Of a stretch of DNA of 64,000 bases, positions 61,749 to 64,000 are shown one piece after another. The notes under the pieces are model-generated. The model did no database searches, was not told where the DNA came from, and saw only the letters and a program-made list of their open reading frames with translations. This DNA comes from Protoeuglena noctilucae. Its lineage: Eukaryota. The first letter of the stretch is position 1. Each line of letters starts with the position of its first letter. The position numbers and the translations under genes were made by a program. The stretch lies in NCBI GenBank assembly GCA_958009085.1, contig OY253676.1:620001-684000 (forward strand), given 5' to 3'.

Positions 61749-64000
61749 ATGAGCGCGTACGACGCCGTGGAGGACTTGGAGGGCGACATGCATTACCGGG
61801 TGCTGGGACTGCGCAAGGGCGCGCCGGCCGCGGAAATCAAGCGCGCGTACCGAGCGCGTGCCCGGGAGCTGCACCCGGACAAGGGCGGGGATCCCTTGGC
61901 GTTCGCGAAAGTCCAAGTGGCGTACGAAATCCTCAGTGACCCAGCGAAGCGCGAGGTCTACGATTCGTGGGCACACCGGCTGCGGTGAGCAGTGTTTGTT
62001 GCGCAAGGTAGGTCTGGCCGGCTGGCCATCGCGCTCCGGCCGCGTGCAAGGCCGATCCGCGAGAGTCCACAGGTGGCGATACGTCCGCGGCGTGGCTCCC
62101 CGGGCGCCCGGCGGCGAGGCGGACATCTTGGACGCGATGGCTGCGGGCGGCGCATACATCGACCCAGCCACGCAGCTGGTGGCGCTGTGCGAGGTGTGCG
62201 GGAGGCCGAGCAACAAGGAGTGCTGGATCTGCAAGATGCGCATCTGCGACTTCTGCACCCGCAAGCAGCACTGGCGCGGCGCGTTCGCCCTGCACTGGCC
62301 CCTGGTCAACGCACGCACCATGCTCGAGACGCTGGGGAAGAAGGAGATGGAGAAGAAACGCATCGACGACGCGCGGCGGTACGAGAGACAGGACCCCAAC
62401 TTCCGCACGGAGGCGCAGCTCAAAGAAGTGAGTCAACGCCCGGGGGGCACACACCGACGCGAGCCATCCCGGTTGGCTCGTATGCGTCATAACCTCTTAA
62501 CCTGGCTCGCCACCCAGAGCTTCGTAGATGCTTGCTTAGCACTTGCGTTCCATGCATGTTGTCAAGTCTCTCTTGCTGGCCACCCTGGTTACCTGGCCGC
62601 CCCGCAGCTCCGTCGGTTCAAGGAGGCGGCCTTCCGGAGCCAGGCCGAGCCCGGGCGGGAGGTGCGGCACGACAGGGAGCTGTCGCGCTACTGGATGTGG
62701 GCCGAGACGGACCTCCACGTCATCGTGGCGTGCTACGTCCCCACGGGGTACAGCGACAAGGAGCTGGACGTGAGGGTCGAGGGAGGTGAGATGCAGGACA
62801 CGAGGGTGGTGAGGATGTGAAGGCAATGAGAGCAGAGGGAGAGGGAGGTCAGAGTGGGGCAGCGCCCTGCTCGCACCCACCTCGTGTCTCCCCATCTCCA
62901 CGCCCACCTCGTATCATCCCTATCTCTGCAGGCGTCCTCACCGTACAGCCCGAGGACTCCCCCGCCATCATCCGCCGTCGCCTGGCGGGCGCTGTGGACA
63001 GGAAGCGCCCCGCGGAGGTCACCAAGTCGGGGGACAACCGCCTCGTCGTCTTGCACCTGCCCAAGGCGGAGCTGGGGGAGGAGTGGGGCTCGCTGTTCGA
63101 GGGCGACCCAAGAGGGGCCAGGCGCCTGGTGCCCGCCTACCGGTGGGTTTCTGTTGTGACACGGGACTCTGACACCTGTAAGCTTCTCTGTCACACTTAT
63201 ATCTGACAGCGACGACAGCGCCGCTGTGCTGCAGGATGGCCCGCGTGTTGAGTCCTGTGCCACTGCTCTCAGGGCCTGCAACATCTGACCCAGCCCCTCG
63301 CTGCACTGCCGATTGCAGGCTGTTTGACGATGCGAGCGACGCCGTGGTGGTGGAGGTCGAGGTGCCGCGGTGGGTGGAGGAGAGGGACGTGCACGTTCGC
63401 ATCACGGGGCGCGAGGTGTCCGTGTGGGTCAACACCTCCCCTGGCGGCGGCCTGCTGCTGGACAAGGTCATGTTCATCGATGAGGAGGAGGCTAGGAAGA
63501 AGAAGGGATGCGTGGGTGAGGCCATGGAGGGGCCCGGGTTGCAACGGCGACGATCAATCAGCCCACCTTTGCGTGTGTCACTGACACAGATACAGGGTCG
63601 CATGCTCACGTGTGCTTGAATCGTTCATCCGTTTCACGTGTATCTGCTGACTTGCAGCACTCTCTACCCCGTATGCAGCGGTGGACCCCCTGCACAGTTC
63701 CTGGGGCATCGAGGACGCAGAGGGCGGGCGGCTGGTGGTCTTGACCCTGGCACTCCCGGAGCCAGACAAGGAAGACGTCACGGTGAGGCCACGATTTGAA
63801 GCACATCGCCGGTCCCCTGCCTGTACACGCGTCATGGTCGCGCCGTAGCGCGCGACAGCAGCCGGCGACGTGACGCAGGGCGTGTGCTGCCTAAACATGC
63901 TGATTACATGTTTCATGGCGTGTCGTGGTCACTACTACAACTCGACATCACCCAGGCACCACTCGCAGTACCGGCAGGGCCAGCGCCGGGACCACCGCAC
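61749..64000 (+). CDS. J-domain protein with B-box-like Zn finger and CS/HSP20-like domain(s); runs off the window end
   Basis: HYRVLGL..EIKRAYR..LHPDKGGD..VAYEILSDPAKREVYD; CEVC..CWICKMRICDFCTRKQH..H; YWMWAETDLHVIVACYVP..KELDVRVEGGVLTV; DAVVVEVEVPRWVEERDVHVRI. Confidence 0.85.

Noticed and set aside
1..64000. Hundreds of overlapping antisense/alternate-frame ORFs
   Set aside because: Expected shadow ORFs in very GC-rich DNA with few stop codons; Arg/Pro/Ala-rich and without motifs.
1..64000. Non-standard genetic code or selenocysteine in MsrB
   Set aside because: In-frame stops in conserved genes are explained by introns, TGA and TAG both end conserved genes, and the MsrB catalytic codon is TGC.
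1..64000. Introner elements, transposons or RNA genes
   Set aside because: I saw no sequence similarity between introns of different genes, no transposase/RT motifs and no tRNA/rRNA. A computational all-vs-all intron comparison and Rfam scan were not possible.

Overview
GC-rich, gene-dense, intron-containing eukaryotic nuclear DNA from a flagellated green alga. It carries plastid-targeted FLU, ABC1K and RETICULATA-type genes plus the basal-body gene WRAP73. Nucleus-encoded nad7 and mitochondrial rps10 point to a lineage with a reduced mitochondrial genome; a pedinophyte-like or chlorophycean source is an inference. About 25 spliced genes can be reconstructed by hand: SRA/YDG protein, MATE transporter, 4-TM protein, FLU, DnaJ-type Zn-finger, MsrB, ATM1-type ABC transporter, EF-hand protein, GBP GTPase, RAD5/16-type SNF2 helicase, TlyA, uS10m, OTU protease, CUL3, eIF4A, NAD7, C19orf53-like, NDUFA8, RETICULATA-related, METTL18, WRAP73, ABC1K6 and a J-domain protein. 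There is one 200-N assembly gap. Three observations stand out. (1) A probable bicistronic C19orf53-like/NDUFA8 unit: the stop and start codons are 2 nt apart, ORF1 has no internal AUG, and the unit lies head-to-head with nuclear NAD7. (2) Recurrent imperfect tandem duplications that span exon-intron junctions and create decoy splice sites in three genes. (3) An apparent excess of GC-AG introns. Gene ends and intron boundaries were inferred by eye, and several 5' ends are uncertain.
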